This document shows positions 14,016-24,679 of a stretch of DNA of 64,000 bases, piece after piece (within the stretch, counting starts at the first letter, position 1; each line of letters begins with the position of its first letter). Below the pieces are notes generated by a model. The model was not told where the DNA came from. It saw only the letters and a list, made by a program, of their open reading frames with translations, and ran no database searches. Location of the stretch: NCBI GenBank assembly GCA_002269645.1, contig NIVC01000247.1, forward strand, positions 372,001-436,000. The letters are read 5' to 3'. A program made the position numbers and the translations under genes. This DNA is from Macrostomum lignano (taxonomy: Eukaryota).

Positions 14016-14589
14016 TTTATCAATCTTATCCCTCAACAATTGGAACAAAACATTCCGTTTCTGAAGTCAAGACGGCACACCGAGTTCTAAGCCAGTTTCA
14101 CCTGTAGTTCACTTTTTTGATGTCTATATCGAATCGCATTTTTCAAAAATTATTCCACTCACATCAACCTGCCAAGTTGCATTACGGGCGATGCATTGAC
14201 AAAAATGATTTGGAATTTATTCACCAACACAGATAGATAAAGAAAGTAGACAGGGAGGCTGAGAATGGCAGTGAGGGATGGCCTCATCCGCTGAGCTCAC
14301 CGCGCCCCTCTCCCCGTGACCGTCCTGTAGGCAGCCGCAGCGGAAGTCACCCGTCAGAGGCTTTAAGAGAGGAACTGCGGGGAGAGGATCTGCCCGAGCT
14401 CATCCACCCAGCTCCCTGGCCGGCTGGGTGAGTCCAGTCTGTGTGTGTTTGTGTGCTTCTACTGTCATCGGGGCCGGCTGGGTTGCCTCTTCTTTGAACT
14501 CTCTGATATTTTATTACCTTTTGCTGCCACCTTTGCTTGTTTGAAGCAAAGAAAATTGAATTCGGCTTGAAGTGAAACACTGGCTGGTC

Positions 14590-15003
14590 TGTGAAACAGG
14601 TGACACACTAGACAAACAGGTGAGACTTCTGTCTAGCAGGTAAGACTTCTGTCTAACAGGTGAGACTTCTGTCTAACAGGTGAGACTTCTGTCTAACAGG
14701 TGAGACTTCTGTCTAACAGGTGAGACTCCTGTCTAACAGCTGACACACTAGTCTAACAGGTTAGACTTCTGTCTAACAGTTGAGACTTCTATCTAACAGG
14801 TGAGACTTCTGTCTAACAGGTGAGGCTTCTGTCTAACAGGTGAGACTTCTGTCTAACAGGTGAGACTTCTCTCTAACAGGTGAGGCTTCTGTCTAACAGG
14901 TGAGACTTCTGTCTAACAGGTGAGACTTCAATCTTACAGGTGGGACTTCTGTCTAACAGATGAGACTTCTGTCTAACAGGTAACACACTAATTTAACAGG
15001 TGA
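14590..15003. repeat. 20-bp minisatellite GTCTAACAGGTGAGACTTCT, about 20 copies
   Basis: Directly visible. Confidence 0.95.
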
Positions 15004-15224
15004 TATACTACACTGTATTCAGCTTTAAACAACCAGTTTAAGTAACATTTTGAAAGAGAAAGCATGACAAAGCGCTCAGCCCTCCGGATTAGGTGCTGCA
15101 AAAACAGCTCATGTTTTTCACACCTATAAAAGCCTATGAGTAAAAAAACGTTGCTTTTTCAAATTCACAAAAGCATGCTGGCATCAAATTCGATGCACTT
15201 TGAGTACTCAGGCATAATCTCTAT

Positions 15225-15417
15225 GGGCCGTATGCAGAAAGCTCTGTCTAGGGTAGTCCGGTCTTGAAAAGCTAGTCTAGACTTGGATTTGGTATGCAGA
15301 AACACAGAGTTAGACCAGTCTACTATAGCACAACTAGGCTAGCTAGACCATAGACTATAGACTGAACTACCCAAGTCCGGACTAGCTAATCTGGACTAAG
15401 CTTTCTGCATACGGCCC
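15225..15417. mobile_element. 193-bp MITE, PIF/Harbinger-like
   Basis: Perfect 19-bp TIR GGGCCGTATGCAGAAAGCT / AGCTTTCTGCATACGGCCC flanked by a 3-bp direct repeat TAT. The superfamily is inferred from the GGGCC terminus and 3-bp TSD. Confidence 0.75.
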
Positions 15418-15509
15418 TATGTCTAGCATGCATTCATGAGAACACTGATACAGAGAAACAAAAATAGATACTGGTTTACGATTTCGAATTAAGAACTTCG
15501 ACAACTCAC

Positions 15510-15720
15510 CTTTGTGAACGCCAGTGAACTTGTCCTTGAGCACGGTCAGCTCCAGGATCGCGCCGAACTCCTCAAACAGCGGTCGCAGATCGTCCTCCTC
15601 CATGGACCGGGGGATCTGGCCGACGAACAGCTTGATGCGTTCCCCCGACTTGCCGCCTCCCGTGGCGGCGGAGGCCACCGCGAGTTCCTGTCCGTTCGAT
15701 GTGCTCACCCCGCTTACCAT
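15510..15720 (-). CDS. CELF: CELF3-6 (Bruno-like/UNC-75-type) RNA-binding protein, coding exon 1 (N-terminal half of RRM1)
   Basis: Translates [10 protein letters not shown]...[42 protein letters not shown](G), which carries RNP2 and matches the CELF3-6 subfamily rather than CELF1/2. It ends at donor AAAG|GTGAGT in phase 1. An upstream in-frame extension is possible. Confidence 0.92.
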
Positions 15721-17678
15721 GGCTGGATGTCGTGAGTCAGTCGGAATCCGGGTGCGATATCGGCAGGTGCAACGAGGTACTGCTGCTGCTGGTGCAGTGC
15801 TGAATAAGCTTCCACTTGTGCCGGCCAACTGAATTGCGACCAACCCGACAGAGCAATGACTGCTGATTGGCGATGGAGCTGAATTTTCGAAAGGATTTTA
15901 TTAAACCGGTTTGCTAAGCGAGTACTTGACCGACCAGCTGGTTGTAGCGAGGCTTAGCTTGGAGCGATAGGCTTAAGGCCGCCTTGAAACAACAGTTTAT
16001 TGTCGTCTGAGACGCCACCGGGTGAGCTCTCAGAATTGATCTGTCCTGATTGGATGCTGAGGTTCTCGGCAAGCGAATGGAAAGGATGAGGAGCTGAGGA
16101 GAGGCCTCTGATTATGATCATCCCACTCCATGCCCACAGCCTCACCGCCCCATCAGCAGCAGGTTTTTCTCCGATTTGCGTGTCAGTCCCTCACATCGAC
16201 TGCGATAGTCAGTCGTTAGTCAATACAAACCAATCTGACAGTGTTTCAATGTTAAATTAATTTGCTAATCTGAACCTTGGATGGCCGTCACCACGAAGGT
16301 CTCTCGTATCTTTTTTGCCATTCTTTTATCCAAAAAGACGTCTTATCAAATCTTTAATATCTCAAAAATCTTTCATAGTATCTCTGACAGTTTGTCACTA
16401 TTCAGGTTGACGAGAAAAGGAAACGGATATGTTAATTCAGATGGAAAAAAGCAAAAACTGCAGTTTATTTTGTGAAAATAATTATTAACAATAATTTGCC
16501 TGCTTATAGCGCTTGTCTGTGCACATGTTTCATAGAAGTATTTTTTTGTTTGAAAATTAAAAAAGCAAATCCTAATTAAGGCAAACAAACGATATGGGAA
16601 AATCAGCCTGTTTGGAACTCGTAAAACTCTCATGCAAAAAACCTCTGAAAAAGGGATATGAAATAGTAGAAACGTTCATCTATTACAAAAAGGGCCGAGT
16701 CAGAACTATCAGAAAAAAATCAATCGTGTCTTGATAATTCGAGTCTTTTAGTAAGAGTTTCATTGATCATGTCCTGCCTTGATTAGCTACCAACAGGAAA
16801 ATCTAGGAGTAGGGAACACACAGAAGTTTCACTCTCGCAGTTAAAAATCCTCTCTATATCTTGGTCACTACGAAAAACTGACTTTTGAAAAGCAAACAAC
16901 ATGGCTTGAAATCGTATAGAACGGAGCACAGGCTTTCTAAAAGACGTATTTTCAACATAGAGAGAAAAATAGATTTTGTTTTGTTTTAATTTCTGTCTGA
17001 TTATAAATTTGTTCCGCTTGAACGCGTCTGCAGGCGCTGGGGGGCATCAGGCGGCGTACGAGTCCTGAGGCCGCCAGACCTCCTTTGACTTGCCACCCGG
17101 TTTGGCCAGAGCCGGCTCGCGCTTTGAGTACCTGAAATTTTGGGCAGCTGCTCGTTACGGATTTCTGTTATCTGCTCAAAAAGCGCCGCGGTTAATTGGG
17201 GAAGATTCTTTTTGATCCAGACAGAGCCTTGGGTGCAGAATGTTGCTACGGAGCAACCTATGCAATATTTCAAGATTAGTAATCACTTGCCACACCTACG
17301 AAGATTTTGTATAATTATAGTTGATAAGGTCCAATTGGGGACAAATTTATTCTTGCAGCTTTTTTGCCTGTTTGATCTGCAGGCCGATGTCGCCAGGTGC
17401 CGGCAGCTCAGACGTTGGTCTGATTGTTCTAATTAGCCACGTGGGCTGGAAGATTTTCGGCTGCAGAGGAAAAGACACCCGCTTCAATTTTTTTGCTTCG
17501 ATGCGAAAATTGCTATCAAAATTGCTCCGACGATTTTTTGGGAGCATCCCTTGATTCAAAAACGTATATGCCACTTGGAAAGCTTACCATATGCTTTTTT
17601 AGCTATCGAAAATTGCGTTTGCCATGCAAAGGTGGAAAACGGAGATTTAAACTTGCAATTTATAGACTTTACACTCAT

Positions 17679-18049
17679 GCGCAACCTTGGGAATCACTCG
17701 GCCGTTTCTATTGGCAACACACATGTAAGTCGCTATTGGACGGAATAGTGACTGCTCTTGGCCAATAGCGACTTACATGTGTGTGTTGCCAATAGAAACG
17801 GCCGAGTGATTCCCAAGGTTGGAAACGGCCTTGGGATTCCCAAGGGGAATATCCCAAAAAAATTCCCAAAAAAATCCCAAAAAAAAATCCTTGGGATTCC
17901 CAAGGATAGAAACGGCCGTTCCTATTGGCAACACACACATGTAAGTCGCTATTTGGACGGAATAGTAGTCACGTGACTACTCTTGGCCAATAGCGACTTA
18001 CATGTGTGTGTTGCCAATAGGAACGGCCGGGTGAATCCGTAGGTTGCGC
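17679..18049. mobile_element. Foldback-like element with two homologous long hairpins
   Basis: Hairpin 1 spans 17683-17820 (about 57-bp stem) and hairpin 2 spans 17913-18029 (about 41-bp stem). Two CCTTGGGATTCCCAAGG palindromes lie between them, and the outer inverted repeat is GCGCAACCT/AGGTTGCGC. Confidence 0.6.
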
Positions 18050-18474
18050 CCAAGCATGTAGACTTAAACAAGTTTAAACAATCAGGGACTTCTATGTAAA
18101 CTTAAGCTCATGAAGTGGAGTCCCTAATTGTCCCCTTGCCTGTTCTCTGCTATCCCAGGTCCAGTTTTTGTTACTTTTTTTGCCAAATCCAGCTTCCGTA
18201 GCCAATCTACCGAGGGGTGTCCCAAAAGTTCCCGGAATGTTTGCTCTAGCTCCGATCGGTACCTTGACCAATTTTTATGTTTTATGTGTCAAACTAAAGA
18301 TAATTTTGCAACGAAAAAACTTGTACCAGTGTTAGACAATCTCGAATGTCTGTAGTGTCATTTTTCCGTCATCAATTTTTGGAATTAGAACCAGTAAAAT
18401 TGCTGGTCAGATCTAGTGGTGTCAGAGCTTGCTTAGTCCATACTAAATGCTTGCTTTCGGCTAAAGATTATAAG

Positions 18475-18682
18475 ATGATTCCTCTCTACATCCTTGAGAG
18501 TCAGCGGAGTCAAGTTTTCGCCCTGTGGTCTGCAGGATGGAGTGGAGCCAAAATTGCTAATCATCTTTTCTCAATCCATGGTGAGAAAAGCATTAAGAAA
18601 AAAAGCTATTTACAAATGAATCCAACAGTTCAAGGATGGCCAGTCCACTTTGAATGACCAGCAGCCACGCTCTCGCCGCCTC
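18475..18682 (+). pseudogene. Mariner-type transposase N-terminal HTH remnant
   Basis: With one frameshift in an A-run and a TGG>TGA stop it reads QRSQVFALWSAGWSGAKIANHLFSIHGEKSIKKKAIYK*IQQFKDGQSTLNDQQPRSRR, matching the mariner pattern YGxxxLxxxxVYxWxxxFKxGxxSLxDxPRSGRP. Confidence 0.65.
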
Positions 18683-18904
18683 GACATGGGCGGTCTATTA
18701 ACTTTCATTTCAACGATCGGTACGCGTCAAAATATTTTACTATCTTGTGCTGGCGTTAAAAAATGGGATCTTAGATTGCATCTCAGCAGTGCATCGATCT
18801 TGAGGGTGCCACACCTGACGTCAGCTTGCAGAGGGTTTTCCGTATTTCTATTTTGTCGATTTCTTATCCAATGGATAAAGTCATTGGTTTTAAAACAATC
18901 GCTC

Positions 18905-19279
18905 TTACTTCAATTTAGCTCCAGTTTTCGCCTTCTTGTCCGAATTCTTGCCGCCTTTGGCTCCGGCAGCCGCCTTTGCTGGCTTCTGTTGTTGCTGCTG
19001 TTGCTCCTTCTGCTTCGGCTCCTTCTCTTGCCGGGACGTCTTGGCTCCTGCCACGGGTTTCGCCTCAAGCTTCTTCTCAGCCAGGGCCTGCGGCTGCTCC
19101 TCAGGCTGACACTGGGCTTGCTCATGATGGTGACCGTGCAGGTGAGACTCCGATGACTCGGCGTCCTCAATCACGAGGCGGTCGACCCGTTTCGGTCGGT
19201 CGGGATCCTCCGCAATTGGTGGCAGGTGCAAATCCTCGCGAATGTTGGTGGGCTGGAAGACCTCGCCAGTGGGGTCCGC
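18905..19279 (-). CDS. TBATA: TBATA/SPATIAL-like protein, terminal exon 4 (low-complexity Q/K/A tail)
   Basis: Phase-0 acceptor CCCCTCCACTCAG|GCG at 19279; a weaker in-frame alternative lies at 19321. The frame is open to TAA at 18905-18907. Confidence 0.65.
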   Translation of the reverse strand, partial: ADPTGEVFQPTNIREDLHLPPIAEDPDRPKRVDRLVIEDAESSESHLHGHHHEQAQCQPEEQPQALAEKKLEAKPVAGAKTSRQEKEPKQKEQQQQQQKPAKAAAGAKGGKNSDKKAKTGAKLK

Positions 19280-19792
19280 CTGAGTGGAGGGGCCGACAGG
19301 TTTGGTGGGTCTTGAGACGTGCTCAGATAAATTAGTACAGAGAAGCAGGTTGCATATAGGACACAAATGTAGCTCAGTCAACAGTAGCTCTTGAGCGATG
19401 CATCACGTGACAGAATCGAGGCCATAGATTGGTTGAGCTACTGATAACTGCTAGCTGCTAAGCTTCGTGAAATCGGCCCCTGGCGGGTCATAGCAGACAT
19501 ATCAGTTGGTAGAGTTTAGGCAGCATAAACAGACACGTGAATTCTACTAGTTGTTGAGTGGCATCACACTTAGAGAGCCCCAAAAACTCATAAACAAAGC
19601 TACATGCAAAATACAGTTTACTAGAATCGTGTGATCACAAAACTTTTCGTCTCGTTTCCCTAGTAGCTTCGCGAGTCCAAGATTGCTCAAATCAATTTAG
19701 CTCGTACAGATGGTTCAGACCCATTATAAAATTGATTTGAGCAATCTTTGAACTACAGAGCTACTGGTGGTAACATAGCAGCCGGTCCTCAC

Positions 19793-20145
19793 CTCGTAGT
19801 ACGCAGCTTTGTTAGCCACAGCAGATCGGATAACGTCCATGACGAGCGCCTTCTCTCGATCGGAGGCGCTCACCAGCCAAGCCTGGACGGCGTTGAAATC
19901 CTCGGTCTGTAGAATCTGGCAGAGCATGCTGAACACCGCGGACTCGAGGTCCGGTGCGGCGCTGATGTGCTCGTAGTTGGACAGCACGTGGGCCGGCGTG
20001 GAACGACGGGATGAGCGCAGCGGACGACGCGACATTGCGCGTGACGGTGGCGGAATCAGCCGCCCGGTCTGTCGACTGTACATCGGCCTGGCCGTCTGTG
20101 ATTGCTCCGGCTGCTGCTGGCGGGCTGGGTCAGGATAGGTGGCCT
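19793..20145 (-). CDS. TBATA: TBATA/SPATIAL-like protein, exon 3
   Basis: Acceptor CCCGCAG|AG (phase 1) and donor GAG|GTGAGG (phase 0). It encodes YSRQTGRLIPPPSRA and MLCQILQTEDFNAVQAWLVSASDREKALV, matching TBATA blocks (YSxxTGRLIP; LCQILQTDSxxAIQxWL). Confidence 0.82.
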
Positions 20146-20339
20146 CTGCGGGTTGGTGAAGTTGTTGGGTGCACGAATGAAGGTTTAGTGAGTTTTTAGC
20201 CCTGGCGAAATGAGTAGATAGGCAAAGTTGACCGATAACATTAATGTAGATGGTTAAACTAATATTTACACATTGGTTGGATCCGCATTGTCGATGCTGT
20301 TAAGAGTTTTATTGGTGGAGTCCCATTGGTAGATATTGG

Positions 20340-20520
20340 TAGATTTACTTTGTTAGAGTTCTATTGGTAGAGTTCTATTGGTAGGGAATGGTAGAGTTCT
20401 ATTGGTAGAGAATGGTAAAGTCCCGTTGGTAGAGTTCTATTGGTAGAGAATGGTAAATTCCCGTTGGTAGAGTTCTATTGGTAGAGAATGGTAGACTCCG
20501 GTTGGTAGAATTCTATTGTT
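20340..20520. repeat. Degenerate GGTAGAGTTCTATT-containing tandem repeat in TBATA intron 2
   Basis: Directly visible; several imperfect copies. Confidence 0.7.
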
Positions 20521-21041
20521 AAAGTCCTAGAGCCCGTTCTATAAAGCCATCGTAAGATAAGATCGTTCTTAGCTCCCATCTCCGCAGTGTAAAAGTTCTG
20601 GCGTACGATCCAACTTACGCTACGACAGCTTTATAGTACGACCCGCTAGTTACTTCATTTGAGAGACTTCTATTGGTAGAGTTTCATTGGCAGAACTCCA
20701 TTGACAGAACTGGCCAAACTGTTGGAAGATCTATCGACTACATCTTAAGAATTTTACATTTATATCAACATCATACGAAGTAACACGCGTTTGAAATTAA
20801 ATGATGCTTAAAGTTACTGCTCTCCTTCCAATGATGCTACTTTAGTAGTGTTTAGAAATTTTTCGTCTAAATTCTAAATCGACTACCAACTGCAAAGCTG
20901 GCTTAGAAGCCAGTAAAAAGTCAGACAGCGCACGTTTTAGTAATTGAACAAAATATATTTAGACGATAACAAACAAAGCATACAAATATATTGTAAACGA
21001 TTGTGATAATTTTGAAAACAATATTTCTCTGCAGTCACTCC

Positions 21042-22067
21042 TCAATAGCGCTTCTTCCGACTGCCGTAGCCGTTGTCGCTGTACTTATAGTTGCCATACT
21101 TGTCCTTAGGCGCCTTGTACAACAGCTTGCGCTTGCCGCCCTTCGGGCTCTCCAGGTAGTGACTAACCACGCGAGGCTTGCCGTACTTGTCGAGCTCTTC
21201 TTCGATCACCTCGTCGTAGTCGTAGTCGCCGCCATAGAAACTGTCGTAGTAGTCGTCGAATCCGTAGTCGTCGAAAAGATCGAGCAGGTCCAGATAATCT
21301 TCGCCGCTGTAGTCGTCAGCGTAGTCGTCGTCATAATAATTTAACTTATCGTAGCCCTTGGCGTAGCTGGGTTCATAGCCCTTGCCATAGCCATCGTCCT
21401 TGCCGTAGCCCTTGCCATAGCCATCGTCCTTGCCGTAGCTCTTGCCGTAGCTCTCGCGGTAGCTCTCGCGGTAGCCCTTGTCGTAGTCATCGTCCTTGCC
21501 GTAGCGCTTGCCGTAGCCCTTGTCGTAGTCATCGTCCTTGCTGTAACGCTTTCCGTAGCCCTTGTCATAGTCATCGTCCTTGCCGTAGCTCTTGCCGTAG
21601 CTCTCGCGGTAGCTCTTGCCGTAGCCCTTGTCGTAGTCATCGTCCTTGCCGTAGCGCTTGCCGTAGCCCTTGTCGTAGTCATCGTCCTTGCTGTAACGCT
21701 TGCCGTAGCCCTTGTCATAGACATCGTTCTTGCCGTAGCTCTTGCCGTAGCCCTTGTAGTCATCGTCCTTGCTGTAACGCTTGCCGTAGCCCTTGTCATA
21801 GCCATCGTCCTTGCCGTAGCTCTTGCCATACCCATCGTTCCTGTCGTAGCTCCGATCATAGGCCTTTTCATAGCCGTCGTCCTTGTCGTAGCCCTTGGCA
21901 TAGCGATCATCCTTGCCCTTACCGTAGCTCACACCCGAGCTGTAAGGTTGCTGATATCCATCGTAGGTGTTGGTGCCTCTGGCAATGCCATGATCTCCGT
22001 GCGACTCAACCAGGCCTAGCCCGCAAGCAAAGGCTAGCAGAGCCAGCCAATTTAAGCTAGTTCTCAT
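21042..22067 (-). CDS. Secreted Tyr/Gly/Asp/Lys-rich repeat protein (341 aa), eggshell/DOPA structural-protein-like; intronless and nested in TBATA intron 2
   Basis: Signal-peptide-like N-terminus MRTSLNWLALLAFACGLGLVES, then tandem YGKDDDYDKG/YGKRYSK repeats, an acidic Tyr/Asp segment and a basic C-terminus. Codon usage is coding-like (C/G third positions) and a TATA box lies upstream. Confidence 0.85.
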   Translation of the reverse strand: MRTSLNWLALLAFACGLGLVESHGDHGIARGTNTYDGYQQPYSSGVSYGKGKDDRYAKGYDKDDGYEKAYDRSYDRNDGYGKSYGKDDGYDKGYGKRYSKDDDYKGYGKSYGKNDVYDKGYGKRYSKDDDYDKGYGKRYGKDDDYDKGYGKSYRESYGKSYGKDDDYDKGYGKRYSKDDDYDKGYGKRYGKDDDYDKGYRESYRESYGKSYGKDDGYGKGYGKDDGYGKGYEPSYAKGYDKLNYYDDDYADDYSGEDYLDLLDLFDDYGFDDYYDSFYGGDYDYDEVIEEELDKYGKPRVVSHYLESPKGGKRKLLYKAPKDKYGNYKYSDNGYGSRKKRY

Positions 22068-22145
22068 ATTGTTCCAAGTGCTGCTCAAAATGATCAAAAT
22101 GGTAGACGTGAGCAACAGTCCCGAAAACCATTAGACTTCAGACCA

Positions 22146-22152
22146 TTTTATA
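22146..22152 (-). promoter_or_regulatory. TATA box (TATAAAA) of the nested Tyr-rich gene
   Basis: TATAAAA on the minus strand about 80 nt upstream of the ATG at 22067; a CCAAT motif lies near 22383. Confidence 0.5.
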
Positions 22153-23163
22153 GGATCAGAGTTAGGCTTTATAAATTATACTAGCTAAAGATTACGTTTC
22201 ACACACTGTGCTACGCTTAGGGGTTGGGGGTCACGCCAGTGGCTGCAATTGGCTGACTGAGCAGTCCGACCACCCCCCTCACTGCAGCCCCGTTCCCTTC
22301 CCGCGTTCAAAGTCAACCCATCGCACCACCCTTGGCTGGGGGGGGGGTAGAAAAAACTGTCAGGCAGCGTATCGGCTCTCAGCCAATCAGATCGCGCCAC
22401 TTAACCACAGACGCTGATTTTAGATGACTCACAGCGTACGCACTCTATTGGATATGTTAGTAAAAATATTTGGAAGGTTAGAAATACGCTTTTTGTTGAT
22501 AAGCTAAAACAAACATATTTGGTTAAAATGCATTTTGACACTTAAGAGCAAACTTCTACAAAAAAAGAAAAAAATAAACGCTTATTCTACTCTCTGATTC
22601 TGATTTCTCCAATTGGTGTTCATTAAATATGCTGGCGTGTGTCCAAAAAAGAAATTGATATTAATAGCTCATAATTCTCCTATATACTCAGCAACATTGA
22701 AAAGTCGCCACTCTATGCGCCCAGTGAGCAATTTCTCTGGGACTATTCTGAAATTTAAAAGACACGAGAAAATAGATCGGAGTAGCTTTAATCCCTCCAA
22801 CCCTCGCACACCGCTCCCCCAGTTCATTCCTCAACTCAAGGCTGCCGCGGCGGAGCTGAGTTGCGTCACTGGCAAAAATTGAGATGAGACTTTACCTGCG
22901 CTCTCAAAAGTGGCGACCACAGACGGAATCTTCTGTGATGGCGAATTTACAATGTTGCTAAGTACATATATTTTTGTATCGACAATGAACTGCCGGTGCG
23001 TCATGAACTATATAAAGTCGTACTTTTGTGCAAGCTAAAAAAGTAGCGCCACAGACATCAAAGTAGCGCCTCAGACATCAAAAAAGCGCCACAGACATCA
23101 AAGTACATGGTAGCGCAAGAGACATCAAAGTAGGCCACCTACTAACTGTTTGCAGTTACTCAC

Positions 23164-23483
23164 CACGCCGCAGGTTCATGTCGCCGCGTCCGTCTGCAGC
23201 CGGAGCCGGAGCCACTGGCTGCTCAGGATGGAATGTCTGGTCAGTGAGGCTTCTCAGCTGCTCTCTCCAGCTCTCCGTTACCGGAACTAGACCGAGTCTT
23301 GGTACGGCCTTCTCCTTGAATGAATAGTTTCTCAAGTTGGTGAAATACTGCAGTCCATTCACCGTGTCCAGCGGGTGCTTGTGCGAGTTGAGATGGATGG
23401 CGTTGACCGGCAGCAGGAGCCTCTGGCTGGCCAGCTTCTCGTCGTTGTGCCCGTTCGGAGGGAAGCACAGGTGCGTTTCGTAG
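23164..23483 (-). CDS. TBATA: TBATA/SPATIAL-like protein, exon 2
   Basis: Acceptor ACGCAG|C (phase 2) and donor CGTG|GTGAGT (phase 1), 320 nt. It contains GLVPVTESWREQLRSL, similar to the TBATA WREEL block. Confidence 0.78.
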
Positions 23484-23554
23484 CTGCGTTGTTTTTTATT
23501 GCGGGGTTTAGTGCTTGAGGGGCATTGTTGCAGTGTCCTCATTTGTGGCGCCAA

Positions 23555-24536
23555 ACGGGAGTGGGTTATAGATGTGGCGCCAAAAGGGTGTAGGTCCTAG
23601 ATGTGGCGCCAAAAGGGTGTGGATTATAGATGTGGTACTAAAGGGTGTGTGTTCTAGATGTGGTACTAAAGGGTGTGGGTTCTAGATGTGGTACTAAAGG
23701 GTGTGGGTTCTAGATGTGGTACTAAAGGATGTGGGTTTCAGATGTGGTACTAAAGGGTGTGGGTTCTAGATGTGGTACTAAAGGGTGTGGGTTCTAGATG
23801 TGGTACTAAAGGGTGTGGGTTCTAGATGTGGTACTAAAGGGTGTGGGTTCTAGATGTGGTACTAAAGGGTGTGGGTTCTAGATGTGGCGCCAAAAGGGAA
23901 GGGTGTGGGTTCTATATGTGGCGCCAAAAGGGCGTGGATTATAGATGTGGTGCCAAAAAGCTGTGGGTTCTAGATGTGGTACTAAAGGGTGTGGGTCCTA
24001 GATGTGGCGCCAAAAGGGTGTGGATTCTAGATGTGGCGTCAAAAAGCTGTGGGTTCTAGATGTGGTACTAAAGGGTGTGGTTTCTAGATGTGGCGCCAAA
24101 AGGGTGTGGGTTCTAGATGTGGCATCAAAAAGCTGTGGGTTCTAGATGTGGTACTAAAGGGTGTGGGTTCTAGATGTGGCGCCAAAAGGGAAGGGTGTGG
24201 GTTCTATATGTGGCGCCAAAAGGGCGTGGATTATAGATGTGGTGCCAAAAAGCTGTGGGTTCTAGATGTGGTACTAAAGGGTGTGGGTCCTAGATGTGGC
24301 GCCAAAAGGGTGTGGATTCTAGATGTGGCGTCAAAAAGCTGTGGGTTCTAGATGTGGTACTAAAGGGTGTGGTTTCTAGATGTGGCGCCAAAAGGGTGTG
24401 GGTTCTAGATGTGGCATCAAAAAGCTGTGGGTTCTAGATGTGGTACTAAAGGGTGTGGTTTCTAGATGTGGCGCCAAAAAGCTGTGGGTTCTAGATGTGG
24501 CGCCAAAAAGCTGTGGTTTCTAGATGTGGCGCCAAA
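23555..24536. repeat. 28-29-bp minisatellite TCTAGATGTGG(TACT/CGCC)AAAGGGTGTGGGT filling TBATA intron 1
   Basis: About 34 units, including a duplicated block of about 290 bp (identical ORFs at 23841 and within 24088-24351). Confidence 0.95.
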
Positions 24537-24679
24537 GGTAAAGGGGCTATTTAAGACTTCACAGAGGACTCCAAGTTTTTCTGTGTGGGTGTAGTCTAAA
24601 TGAACCTCTCGAAGCCACATTAAGAAAGTAACATCAAAGGTTGCTCTAAAAATGGTTTACAAATCAATCTGACCCTCAC

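Noticed and set aside
17001-17574. Several short ORFs as a gene or transposase
   Set aside because: No recognisable motif, interrupted frames and no consistent splice sites.
21003-21910. Overlapping ORFs (113 aa plus strand; 189 aa ATARTMTTT minus strand)
   Set aside because: Frame and strand shadows of the Tyr-rich repeat gene.
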